Shown here piece by piece: positions 47,999-57,311 of a stretch of 64,000 nt of DNA. A program made the position numbers and the translations under genes. The notes beneath the pieces were generated by a model. It was not told where the DNA came from. It saw nothing but the letters and a program-made list of their open reading frames with translations, and did not search any database. Source of the stretch: an uncultured virus (IMG/VR IMGVR_UViG_3300044731_002410) (taxonomy: Duplodnaviria > Heunggongvirae > Uroviricota > Caudoviricetes); IMG/VR virus record IMGVR_UViG_3300044731_002410; one strand, 5' to 3'. Every line of letters starts with the position of its first letter. Positions within the stretch are counted from its first letter, which is position 1.

Positions 47999-48553
47999 AT
48001 GAATCCAACCGTCTCTGTTCGCCAAGCCCGAGAGGACGACGCTGCGGGTGTCCTCGCTCTCAGGCAAGCTGTATTCGAAGAGACGGACTTCATGCTGTGG
48101 GAGCCCGCCGAGTTCAAGGACACAGAGGACGACGAGCGGAAGCGCATTACGCGCCTGAACTCCGCAACAAACTCCACCTGCTTTATCGCCACTGACCAAG
48201 CCCGTGTCGTTGGATTCCTCAACGCCATGGGAAGCCCGGTCAACCGTCTGCGTCACTCAAGCACCCTCGTACTCGGTGTGCGCCGCTCACACTGGAGCCG
48301 AGGGGTTGGATCAGCGCTCCTTACCGAAGCTCTGGCTTGGTCCCGTGCCGCTGGCCTCGCTCGCCTAGAGCTGACGGTCCACACAACAAATCTGAGGGCC
48401 TTTGAGCTGTACCGACGCCATGGCTTCGAGGTCGAAGGACTACGACAAAAATCACTTCTGGTGAACGGCCAGTTCGTCGACGAGTACCTCATGTCCAACA
48501 CGCATGCAGCCCAATCCCTCGCTCAAGTTGACCCGCTACGGCAGGCACTGTAA
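47999..48553 (+). CDS. GNAT N-acetyltransferase cassette gene
   Basis: LGVRRSHWSRGVGSALL, N.RA..LY...GF; ATG just after GTTAGGT; reads into the attC. Confidence 0.9.
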   Translation: MNPTVSVRQAREDDAAGVLALRQAVFEETDFMLWEPAEFKDTEDDERKRITRLNSATNSTCFIATDQARVVGFLNAMGSPVNRLRHSSTLVLGVRRSHWSRGVGSALLTEALAWSRAAGLARLELTVHTTNLRAFELYRRHGFEVEGLRQKSLLVNGQFVDEYLMSNTHAAQSLAQVDPLRQAL

Positions 48554-48628
48554 GCCTGCCTCTGCGGGCAGCTTAGGTCGAACGTTTGGCTGCATTGCGG
48601 GCAGCTTAGGTCGAACGTTTGGCTGCAT
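48509..48628 (+). repeat. attC site with a 33-bp tandem duplication of its right arm
   Basis: GCCCAAT...GTTTGGC; tgcgggcagcttaggtcgaacgtttggctgcat at 48563 and 48596. Confidence 0.8.
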
Positions 48629-48650
48629 TGCCGACACCGAGGCACACTAA

Positions 48651-49229
48651 GTGCTTGACCCCATCCTCCTTAATCTACCGTCGTGCATCGAGACTCCGCG
48701 CTTGACCTTACGCCCCCCGCGTACGGGAGACGGACCGGCGCTACATCAAGCTCTGTCTGAGTCTTTGCCAGAACTCCGTCGGTTCCTGGCATCGCTGCCC
48801 TGGGTGGCCGCAGACCAAACGCTTGAATCCGCGGAGATGTTCTGCCGAAACGGTGAGGCCAACTTTGTCTCGAGAAAAGACCTGCCGTTCCTTGTGTTCG
48901 AGAAGCGAACTGGGAATCTGGTCGCCTCAGCGGGGCTGCATCGGACAGCGTGGCAGACGCCGAAAACAGAGGTGGGTTACTGGTGCCGAACGAGTGCAAC
49001 GCACAATGGTTTTGTAACGGAGGCCGTCATAGCGTTGACAGAGTACGCCTTTCAGCACATCAGGGCCGTACGCGTGGAGCTGATTACCGATGAAGAGAAT
49101 GTTGCTTCTTGTCGAGTAGCAGAGCGCGCAGGCTTTGTGCTCGAGGGGGTGTTGCGCAACGAGCGGCGCGCGCCTGATGCGTCACTTCGGAATACATGCG
49201 TCTATGCTCGCTTCCCGAGTGCGGCCTAA
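48651..49229 (+). CDS. RimJ/RimL-type GNAT acetyltransferase cassette gene
   Basis: IETPRLTLR, EVGYW, N.AS.RVAERAGF.LEG.LR; stop lies inside GCCTAAC. Confidence 0.9.
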   Translation: MLDPILLNLPSCIETPRLTLRPPRTGDGPALHQALSESLPELRRFLASLPWVAADQTLESAEMFCRNGEANFVSRKDLPFLVFEKRTGNLVASAGLHRTAWQTPKTEVGYWCRTSATHNGFVTEAVIALTEYAFQHIRAVRVELITDEENVASCRVAERAGFVLEGVLRNERRAPDASLRNTCVYARFPSAA

Positions 49230-49289
49230 CCCTACGCTCAACCGGAAGTGCAACAGCGTTCGTCACCTGGGCCTCATTTCATTGTGGCC

Positions 49290-49400
49290 GGCACGCTCAT
49301 CACCTACCCCTTGCTGGAGGCGTTGATACCGCTGCTGTTCGGGATGCTGGGGCTGGGGGCGTACAGGACGGCGGAGATGGTGAGGGGGGTGGCTCGGTGA
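49290..49400 (+). pseudogene. C-terminal fragment of a 3TM holin-like gene
   Basis: LIPLLFGMLGLGAYRTAEMVRGVAR*. Confidence 0.55.
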
Positions 49401-49683
49401 CTTGGGCGCGGCGCTCATTCTCGAAATGGCAACGGCAATGCTGTTAATCTCCGAGAGGCTGCGGTGAGTCCAAGGAAGGAGGCGGAACATGACATGTTCT
49501 CAGGCGCGTTTAGGCGGCTTACTTCGGGCAGTCTTTATCGTCTTTCGGAAGCAACGGGCGTTCTCTTCGCCAAGGAAAATGTACCGAAGATCGACGTATA
49601 GCGCAAAGCGCGTTCCTGTTGATTTAGGCCGGGTAAGATTGTCGGCAGAGCCGTCCATTAAACGTTTGGCGTAATCGGAAACC

Positions 49684-50229
49684 GTGCGACACATCCTAGC
49701 GATACTCCTTCTTGCAGCAACACTGCCATGCTTCAGCCAAGTCGCGCCGAGTAGCGAACTGGCGAGGATCTATGCGGAAGATCAGGCAGACCGCAATGGG
49801 CCTCCGGGGTCAATCGATTGGTCAGTTGTCGGTCCGCGAGATGAAGCCAGGCGAGGTGAGGTAAATCGCCTACTGAAAGCGGGCTCCGTTCGTACTGCGG
49901 CGGACTACCACGCAGCCGCCATGATCTTCCAGCATGGCCCAACGGAGCAAGATATCCAAGCAGCCTACGCATTGGCGTCCATCGGGTCCCTTCTCGATCC
50001 TACAAATAAGGCGCTCAAGTGGCTATCTGCTGCCGCGTGGGATCGCTACCTCATGAGAAAGGGAAAGCCTCAGTGGTATGGCACCCAGTACACGCTCAAT
50101 CAAGAGACCAAGCGCTTCGAGCTCTACTTGGTAGACCCCAGCGCCGTCACCGATGAAGAACGCTTTAACCTCAACGTACCGAGTTTGGCGCAGGCGAAGG
50201 AACGCGAAGCCGAACTGAATCGCAAATGA
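49684..50229 (+). CDS. Secreted DUF6624-like cassette protein
   Basis: Signal peptide; EDQADR, AAMIFQH, DRYL...GKPQWYGTQ. Confidence 0.75.
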   Translation: MRHILAILLLAATLPCFSQVAPSSELARIYAEDQADRNGPPGSIDWSVVGPRDEARRGEVNRLLKAGSVRTAADYHAAAMIFQHGPTEQDIQAAYALASIGSLLDPTNKALKWLSAAAWDRYLMRKGKPQWYGTQYTLNQETKRFELYLVDPSAVTDEERFNLNVPSLAQAKEREAELNRK

Positions 50230-50295
50230 CGCCTAGCCCCTCGCTCAACCCCCGACCCGCTAGGGCAGGCGTCGCACAATCAACACCCGAGAGTC

Positions 50296-50661
50296 ATGGC
50301 TGCCGTCGACAAATCCATCCCCGTCTTCCCCAGTCGGTCGCTCAAGGCAACCATCAAGTTCTACGAGAGGCTTGGCTTCGCTGGCGTGCCGCTTGCCTCG
50401 GACACCTACGCGATCCTGACTCGTGGGGATTTGGAGGTCCACTTCTTCCCGCATCCCGATCTGAAACCCGAAAAGTGCTTCGCGGGCTGCTACATGAGAG
50501 TCACCGAGGTCGATACGCTTCGCACAGCCTTCGAGCCGGCCGGACTTCCCTCGACTGGCATTGCTCGCCTGGAACGAGTCAAGAACAAGCCCTGGAAGAT
50601 GCGGGAGTTCGCGCTCAACGACGAAGACGGAAACCTCGTGAAGTTCGGAAAGGCATCGTAG
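50296..50661 (+). CDS. VOC/bleomycin-resistance-family cassette protein
   Basis: IPVFPSRSL..T..FYE.LGF; KPW.MREFAL.D.DGNL..FG. Confidence 0.85.
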   Translation: MAAVDKSIPVFPSRSLKATIKFYERLGFAGVPLASDTYAILTRGDLEVHFFPHPDLKPEKCFAGCYMRVTEVDTLRTAFEPAGLPSTGIARLERVKNKPWKMREFALNDEDGNLVKFGKAS

Positions 50662-50926
50662 TGCAGGCGTACAAGTTCCTGCGCCGAGCGCGGACGCCTA
50701 ACCCTACGCTCACCCGGACGTGCAACAGCATTCGTCGCCCAGGCCTCATTTCATTGTCGCCGGCACGCGCACCATCTACCGCTTGCCTACGAGCATCGCA
50801 GACAGCACTGGTTACATAAGAGCAGTCGCCAGTGGTCGCTTTTCCGAAATTCTAGTGGCAGCCCTCAATTTGTGCGCGGCGAAATGAATCGCTTGGAGAA
50901 CTTATCACTATAGCTGGGATGCGCAA

Positions 50927-52225
50927 TCAAACCGCCATCGCACTGCCCTTGCGCTTAAAGCCCATTGGCCTTACAGACCTAAATCCATTTTCTGCCGTGA
51001 TACACATAAGCCCAAAAGCATCGGCCGCATGGCTAGACCAATCGTGCTCAGGGCCCAGCCCGATTATGCGGACGTCATCCTTTTTCTCGTGATACCAGCC
51101 AAGTGCTTCAATGCCAGCGGCGGTCGTTGCGTCGTTAAACCATATCGATCCAAATAAGCGCCTCGCTGACTCAATGCGTGCCATCGCAGCACCTCGGCCT
51201 TGATTGGGAATAACTTCAACGGAATAGCCCGCCTGGCGAAGCGCTGATTCATAAGAGACATCAAACACCCGATCGTGCGTTGAACCATCATGAGGCAGCC
51301 AAATATCGGCTTTGGCAGGTCCTAAGTCTTGCGCATGCAGCCAGGCAAGATGTGCCGATAACGGCTGACCCACAGCTTCATAGTAGTTAAGCACTCGGAT
51401 CTCGCGACCCACAAACTGGCACACCCAAATCACAAAGGCATCGGCTTTTGCACCCGTTCCACCAAGATCTAAAAAGAGCTTCGTTCTGAGCAATGGATCA
51501 GCGGCAAGCTTACCAATACGGCCCTGCGCTCGTGCAAGGTTTAAGTCCTTGGCAAAGTAAGCGCCTTCAAGCACGGTGGCATAGCCGCCCTCCCAGATGT
51601 GATCGTATTGGCCAGGGTTCGTGCTCAAACAGTCTTGGCGCTCTTGGGATAGAACCGAAGGAAACTTAGGATTGTCTGACCAGTTCGCTCGCACAACCAC
51701 CGCGCCCGTTGGCAGTGTGACCCCGCGCAAGAGTTGATCCACGGCATCGGTCTTTCTTCTTGGATTCCAGCTAAACCAAAGCTCAGAAGCTTCTTGCCTG
51801 ATGGTTGGCCGCAAAAGCGCAAGCGATCGTACAGAAAGCGTTTGTGCCTCTTCAACCCACGCTCTGCCATAGCCTTCTAATGATTTGATCGATTCAGCGT
51901 TGTGATCTTGCATACCCGTGAAGGTTATGAGCCCATCACCTGGTGCAGCAATCACTTCGTTGTAGACCTTAAAGCCATGACGCGTATCAAGCGCATAGGC
52001 TGCAAGCTTATCTTCAAGCAAGCGCTTGCTTGACTCTTTAAGTGTCTTTTGCACTTCGCGTATACACACAGAACGCAAGCCTGGCTGTCGCAAATGATCT
52101 TCAATCAAGAGCTCCGCAAAAAAGTGACTTTTACCCGAGCCTCTACCACCGTAGGCCCCTTTATAGCGTGCTGGTTCAAGCAGCGGTGCAAAAACGCGAG
52201 CGGTTTCAAAGATGAGGGTTTGCAT
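50927..52225 (-). CDS. Terminase large subunit (PBSX-like)
   Basis: GGRGSGKS, WVEEAQ, SWNP, LPHDG, HDWSSHAADAF. Confidence 0.93.
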   Translation of the reverse strand: MQTLIFETARVFAPLLEPARYKGAYGGRGSGKSHFFAELLIEDHLRQPGLRSVCIREVQKTLKESSKRLLEDKLAAYALDTRHGFKVYNEVIAAPGDGLITFTGMQDHNAESIKSLEGYGRAWVEEAQTLSVRSLALLRPTIRQEASELWFSWNPRRKTDAVDQLLRGVTLPTGAVVVRANWSDNPKFPSVLSQERQDCLSTNPGQYDHIWEGGYATVLEGAYFAKDLNLARAQGRIGKLAADPLLRTKLFLDLGGTGAKADAFVIWVCQFVGREIRVLNYYEAVGQPLSAHLAWLHAQDLGPAKADIWLPHDGSTHDRVFDVSYESALRQAGYSVEVIPNQGRGAAMARIESARRLFGSIWFNDATTAAGIEALGWYHEKKDDVRIIGLGPEHDWSSHAADAFGLMCITAENGFRSVRPMGFKRKGSAMAV

Positions 52226-52404
52226 GAGACGAGATAACCATGAGCCGTCTGTTAGAACTTTTCAAATGTTCAGAACGACCGATGTGAGGCTTGCTGGTTC
52301 ATTGATTTCTCATCCAACCGATTACGACAAAAGAAAGGGGCAACACCTATTCGCATTCCGAGCACGCTCGGCGCACGATTGAAGTGTATTGGTGGTCTTC
52401 TATT

Positions 52405-52416
52405 TGCCATGCTTGG
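52405..52416 (-). promoter_or_regulatory. 12-bp motif copy upstream of the large terminase
   Basis: Exact tgccatgcttgg in the terS-terL gap. Confidence 0.6.
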
Positions 52417-52570
52417 CGAAGGATTAACAGCCCCTGAGGCCGACGCGCTTACAGCGCGCTTAGGATACCTTTGTTGGCGTCCCGGTTGACTCAGGATTTA
52501 CCTGCTGGCGTGAGTATAGGATAGTAAATGACGGCTCAGTGACTGAAAATCTTTGCTCCGAACTTGACAG

Positions 52571-53020
52571 TCACCGGAGATCTTTTTTGTTTAGTGCTGC
52601 ATCAGCTGCATGAGCATCGATAGTGACTACATCCACAATGCGGCGCTCAATACTCGCAATGGAGCCTGAATGCTCAATCTTCTGAGCCTCATGAAAGCCG
52701 TGCATGGCGTTTAATTCACGAACGGCTGCGACCACATCACTTTTGCGATCGGGTGCCTCTATGACCTCTTTAAGGGCCTCTATGCTCAAGTTTCGAGCCC
52801 ACATCGATTGCTCGACAAACTCGGCCTGCAGCGCCTTAACCCTTCGACGCACCTTAGCCTTTCCCATGACAAGACAGGCTTCAACGTGCACCGATGCGGG
52901 CTTCCAGTTTTTGGCTTTTGGGTGAGACAGTCTGAGCGCTTCGGCTTGAGATTTGCCAAGTGCAATTTGAAGCGCAAAGGCTTCTTCAATGGCTGTCAGC
53001 GTTTCTTTCTCGTCACTCAT
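52571..53020 (-). CDS. Terminase small subunit
   Basis: LT..EEAFA..IA.GKSQ.EA; KIEHSG C-terminus. Confidence 0.75.
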   Translation of the reverse strand: MSDEKETLTAIEEAFALQIALGKSQAEALRLSHPKAKNWKPASVHVEACLVMGKAKVRRRVKALQAEFVEQSMWARNLSIEALKEVIEAPDRKSDVVAAVRELNAMHGFHEAQKIEHSGSIASIERRIVDVVTIDAHAADAALNKKDLR

Positions 53021-53352
53021 AGCGATTTCCAACGATAGCGCAAATAGCGCGGACATTGCTTGGGATCACCAATCCCGCAGGTCTCAACCATGTCTAATTG
53101 CTTGAGTTGATCCAAGGCCCAACTCACAGTCTTTGGGTTTGAGCGTGTGCTCTTGGCAATAACGCTGAGTCGATACCATCTTGTTGGGTTATCGGCTAAA
53201 AGCTCAATCACTTTGGCGGTGGTTGAGCCCTTTAAGACGCGACCCGTGGGCGGTGCTCTATGCGTGTTGCGCCCAAACGCAAGAGGCGCACATTCACTGC
53301 GGCGCTTTGATGTGTGTTTGATCAACTGCATCGCCATCCAGTGCGTACTCAT
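53017..53352 (-). CDS. Winged-helix DNA-binding protein (possible late regulator)
   Basis: KTVSWAL..L.....VE...PRYLRYR. Confidence 0.55.
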   Translation of the reverse strand: MSTHWMAMQLIKHTSKRRSECAPLAFGRNTHRAPPTGRVLKGSTTAKVIELLADNPTRWYRLSVIAKSTRSNPKTVSWALDQLKQLDMVETCGIGDPKQCPRYLRYRWKSL

Positions 53353-54035
53353 ATGAGATCACCCTCGGCAAGCGCCCATTGCAAAAGGGCAAGTGCATCG
53401 GCTTCATTGTCATCTGACGGATCAAAGCCTAATGCGCACATGGCATCGATCACGGCTTGCTTGCCTGCGTAGCCAATGCCTGTGGCGTGCTTTTTAATCG
53501 TACCGACTGCAACACCTTGCACAGGGATATCGCGGCCTGCACACCAACTCAAAAGCTGCCCTTCAAATGCTCCGTACTTGTGAGCAGCAATTGTCCCTTT
53601 GTGGGCAAAGACCGCTTCGTAGTACACCGCATCGAAGCCTTGCACTTGCTCTTCAAGCTCGGTGAGCCAGCGCGCAAAGCGCCAAAAGGCAAGCCCTGGT
53701 GCTTCGTCTCGCGCAAGCTTAAAGCTGCGTGATCCCGAGCGTATCGAACCAAAACCTGAAACGATTGCCCAACCGGTTTGTGTGCCCAGATCGATCGCTA
53801 AGATGTTGGGTGCGTGCAAGCCCCAACTGAGGATCTGGCACTTAGGTGGGTTCGTGGATTGCGCACTTGCGCTCTCAAGGCATGACATGGGCTCCGCTCC
53901 ATTCGCAGCTATTGCGACTTGGAGGGGCACACGCTGCAAAGCGGCTTTGGCTTTGCGCTCACGCTGGCCCTTCAAATCAAAGACAGGATTTAAAACTTCC
54001 GCCTCAATTATCACGAACTGGCGCATGCTTGCCAA
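53349..54035 (-). CDS. RuvC-like Holliday junction resolvase (start probably downstream of 54035)
   Basis: ILAIDLGTQTGWA, YYEAV, TIKKHATG.G.A.K, DDNEADALALL. Confidence 0.85.
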   Translation of the reverse strand: MASMRQFVIIEAEVLNPVFDLKGQRERKAKAALQRVPLQVAIAANGAEPMSCLESASAQSTNPPKCQILSWGLHAPNILAIDLGTQTGWAIVSGFGSIRSGSRSFKLARDEAPGLAFWRFARWLTELEEQVQGFDAVYYEAVFAHKGTIAAHKYGAFEGQLLSWCAGRDIPVQGVAVGTIKKHATGIGYAGKQAVIDAMCALGFDPSDDNEADALALLQWALAEGDLI

Positions 54036-54045
54036 GCGCGGACTT

Positions 54046-54240
54046 ATTTCAATACTTCATTCAAATCTCGCGAGTCACCCCTAGTGGATAGTTAATTCAA
54101 TATTTCAATATTTAAACATCATACTTAGAGAGGGATACACGCGTGTTGGCCTCTACCCTCTCAGGTTGAAGTATTGAATTATTGAATTAAGTACTTTGGG
54201 GGATGGGGTTGAAAGATTGAAGTATTGAATTAAGTACCGC
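54046..54240. promoter_or_regulatory. Putative phage replication origin (AT-rich iterons)
   Basis: TTGAAGTATTGAATT at 54166 and 54217, inverted TTCAATACTTCA at 54048; downstream of the primase gene. Confidence 0.6.
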
Positions 54241-54383
54241 TTTCACCTTCAACCGCCGCTCAAGGCACTTACTTGAGCCTTAAGCACACCCAAGCGCTGT
54301 AAGCACCGCTAAGCGCTTAAAGCACTCCCACAAGCTGTAAACCCGATCTTGAGCTTAAAGCCTGTGTCCCTACACTACCCGCA

Positions 54384-56741
54384 CTAAGTGAGTGCGCGCA
54401 GCCACACCGTCGGTCGTCCGACGGTTTGTCTTGATGTCAGCTCGATCTGACCCGATTCCACAAGCGCCTGAATCAGCGCATCGCGCTGGCGCAACTCCAT
54501 AAACTGCGTCTTTCTGCAAAACTCCGAGCGCCTCATGCCGGCATCGCCTGCATCGCGCAAAAGCTTGAGCGCTCGTTTATGAAGCGATTCGGTCGCATTT
54601 TCAGACACACGCTCAGAGACTTCTCTGATCGTTTGCTCAGCACAGTGCCTTGTGAGCGCCACAGCCCAAAGCGCATCTTCCTCTTCAATGATCGGATCAT
54701 CTGAGTCATTTGAAACTGCACGAATCAGTGCAAGCTTTTGGGCATTTTCTTCAATGCGCGCAAGAATCGATGCATAGCCACTTTGCTTGGCCGCTCTAAG
54801 CTCTTGCACGATCTCAGTCTCAAGCAAATCAAAGACCGCTTGTGCAGCGCTTGATGCCGGCACCACATAAGGGTTTGGGGCAAGGTCTGAGGCATTGAGC
54901 ATGCCGCATAGATTGGCATGCTTGGCAACGCCCTGGTTCATACGTTGTAAATCAGCAATCAGTGAGCCAGGCGCAATCACGTCGCCAAACGCTGGATTTG
55001 CATTGGGAAAGTCTTCTTCGCTTCGCAAGACCATGAATCGGGCAAGCGAGCCATCGCTCACATTGGCAGCTTGCAGTGCCTGCCAAAAATGCAGCGGTGT
55101 GGTCGTACCATAGACGCACACACAAGGCTGATGGACTACCTTTTGTACATCGCGTGCAGCGCCACTTGCATATTCAATCCCAAAGTGCACAGAGCCCGAA
55201 CTTGTGTAGAGCTCAGTGAGTTGGTCCACAATCTCTGTGAGATAGCGCGGTGAACGTTTGCGATCGGCAGCAGCTGCTAAGAACATCCCAAACTCATCAA
55301 GCTGAAAAAGCACTGAGGGCTGCCTTTGGACTGCTGCGATAAGACCAGAGCCTGAAGCGATCTTATTGCCACCCATGAGTGGTAGAAGACTGGCTTGCGT
55401 AAAAAGCTGCGTGATGACCGAGCGGCTATGGTTCTTGCCAGCACCACTTTCAGCAATACCGACGATATAAAGATTTGAGCGCGCGTTGGTTTTTGTCCGG
55501 TACTTGCGCCCCATAATGGCACCTAGTGCGCAAAGGCTTGCCCCAAGTGCAAGCACAGGCTGTGGGCGCTTAGCCGTTTTGGTCATGAGCGCCATCATTG
55601 CGCCAAGCACCCCACCCACTTGATCCCAGCCTTTTGGCAGTGGCTTTGCAGGTGGCAGACCCGGCACATCATCGCGCACAAAGGAAGGCTCTGAGGTAAT
55701 CCGATCAATCAAGGCCTTTGCAGGATGTAAACTTTGATCATCACCGCAAAGTGCAAGTGATTCATTAGGTACCCAACCGCGCTCGCGTGCAAGCTTATAG
55801 ATCGTTCCAGCACCGATACGCGCTGGCCGCAATCCCTCCCAGGTGGTTTGGCTTGTGAGTTCATCGTGCTTTTGTGATTGCGCAGACCACGCCATAAAGA
55901 TTGGATAGCCTTCACCATTCAGTGCACCCTTAATGGCAAGCCCCACCCTCACCCAACTGTCATAGTCAAGATCGTCATTGGGTAGGTGCAAAAGTGCACT
56001 TGATATCGCTTCAACGGTGCCGCGAAGCGATTGCGTCGATACGACTTGCGATGACACTACGGCATCAGCCGTTTGTGTCTCAGCGATCTGTGCAGCATCC
56101 AGTGATAAAGCAAGCGTCTTAGGCTTAAATGATGGCGGAAGACTCCCATAGGCTTCATCAAGAAAGCGGCGCGCCTGAGCCTCAGTGATCGCTGGCAGTG
56201 AGCTAAGCGCTAACTCGCTTAAATCGTCGACAGGCCACTGATAAGGCGCACCAGTATCAGGGTGAATGCCATAAGCCACAAATTGCTGGCCAAGCCCTAA
56301 AACTTCGATAGGCTGGCGCTTAAAGCCTGCAAAAGGTATGTCTGCTCGATAAAGTAAAAGCCGCTTTGGCGCTCTTCCGATACGAATCGCATTCGTCACA
56401 CCCAGGCGCTCAAAAGCAAGCGTTTGAATGCCCTTTGCAAGCGCCTCATCGGGCACATCAATATCAATAGCAATCACGTTACCCGTTGCAACGCCAATGG
56501 CAGCATCGGGCCATGTCGCCCAAACATCAAGCTCATAGGCTGTCGTTTCGCGCATACCGTGGCGAGACCACTGCGGATAGTCAAACCACTGACCTTGTCG
56601 CATCATGCCTGGCTTTTTGGTGCCTGGCTGAATGGGCAAGATCCGATAGCCTGCATCAAGAAGCGCCTCACCGTAGCGGGCCATAAACTGAATGCTCATC
56701 GGCATTTTGTTGGGGGCGAGTACTTCGGTGGTCACCATCAA
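54384..56741 (-). CDS. Bifunctional primase/polymerase with PriCT-2 and DUF3987-like helicase domain
   Basis: IAIDID, GQQFVAYGIHPDTG.PY.W, YDSWVRVG.A.K, AESGAGK, LDEFG, DGSLARF. Confidence 0.85.
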   Translation of the reverse strand: MMVTTEVLAPNKMPMSIQFMARYGEALLDAGYRILPIQPGTKKPGMMRQGQWFDYPQWSRHGMRETTAYELDVWATWPDAAIGVATGNVIAIDIDVPDEALAKGIQTLAFERLGVTNAIRIGRAPKRLLLYRADIPFAGFKRQPIEVLGLGQQFVAYGIHPDTGAPYQWPVDDLSELALSSLPAITEAQARRFLDEAYGSLPPSFKPKTLALSLDAAQIAETQTADAVVSSQVVSTQSLRGTVEAISSALLHLPNDDLDYDSWVRVGLAIKGALNGEGYPIFMAWSAQSQKHDELTSQTTWEGLRPARIGAGTIYKLARERGWVPNESLALCGDDQSLHPAKALIDRITSEPSFVRDDVPGLPPAKPLPKGWDQVGGVLGAMMALMTKTAKRPQPVLALGASLCALGAIMGRKYRTKTNARSNLYIVGIAESGAGKNHSRSVITQLFTQASLLPLMGGNKIASGSGLIAAVQRQPSVLFQLDEFGMFLAAAADRKRSPRYLTEIVDQLTELYTSSGSVHFGIEYASGAARDVQKVVHQPCVCVYGTTTPLHFWQALQAANVSDGSLARFMVLRSEEDFPNANPAFGDVIAPGSLIADLQRMNQGVAKHANLCGMLNASDLAPNPYVVPASSAAQAVFDLLETEIVQELRAAKQSGYASILARIEENAQKLALIRAVSNDSDDPIIEEEDALWAVALTRHCAEQTIREVSERVSENATESLHKRALKLLRDAGDAGMRRSEFCRKTQFMELRQRDALIQALVESGQIELTSRQTVGRPTVWLRALT

Positions 56742-57217
56742 AGCGCAGCCTTTAGGTCGTTGTGCTTTGATTGGGATGCTGCGTGCTGTTCGTTGCGCAA
56801 CCCATCAGTAAAGCCTGTAACAATCACATCAATCAAGGTGCACCACTCATCAAAGCTGTAGTGCTGAAGATCGGTCTTTTGGATCGACTCGATATATTGG
56901 CCAGCTTGCAAGCTCGCATGGCGAAGCGCAGCTTGCTCAAAACGGTTGGGATCAATCATGCCTTTTTCCTTTGCAGCAAGGTCCATACAGGTCATGGAGC
57001 AAAGCGCAAGGACCGGTGTGTCAAGCTCAGCGCTCGATGACATTGCAGGCGTATAGCCAAAGCCTCGTGCGAAGCGTCTGCAAATGGCGCATAGCTTTGA
57101 CTTCTTGGGTGCTCGTCTGATGCGTGCCTCGCTCGCTTGAGCCTGGGCGAGTAAAAGATCGAGCTGCGATGCAAAAGCTTTTGTCTCCATCACTGACATA
57201 TACGGGTCGAGACACAC
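56738..57217 (-). CDS. DUF6511-like phage protein
   Basis: CAIC.R.ARGFG...CSM.C...MID....EQAA...AGQY. Confidence 0.7.
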   Translation of the reverse strand: MCLDPYMSVMETKAFASQLDLLLAQAQASEARIRRAPKKSKLCAICRRFARGFGYTPAMSSSAELDTPVLALCSMTCMDLAAKEKGMIDPNRFEQAALRHASLQAGQYIESIQKTDLQHYSFDEWCTLIDVIVTGFTDGLRNEQHAASQSKHNDLKAAL

Positions 57218-57311
57218 AAAATGCTCAGGTTACTGAAAAGCATTGAAGCGTTTTAGCCCACAAACAATAGGCAGCGCTTCACTTCTATAGTACTTAGTGA
57301 TACAGTAATCC

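Larger units (their letters stand above)
47965..50770 (+). mobile_element. Degenerate integron gene-cassette array (attC cluster, no intI)
   Basis: GTTAGGT 47989, attC 48509-48590, GCCTAAC 49224 and 50697, GTTTGGC 49664, GCCTAGC 50231; co-oriented short genes. Confidence 0.8.

Noticed and set aside
47700..50927. Complete integron
   Set aside because: No intI tyrosine recombinase or recognisable attI in the window
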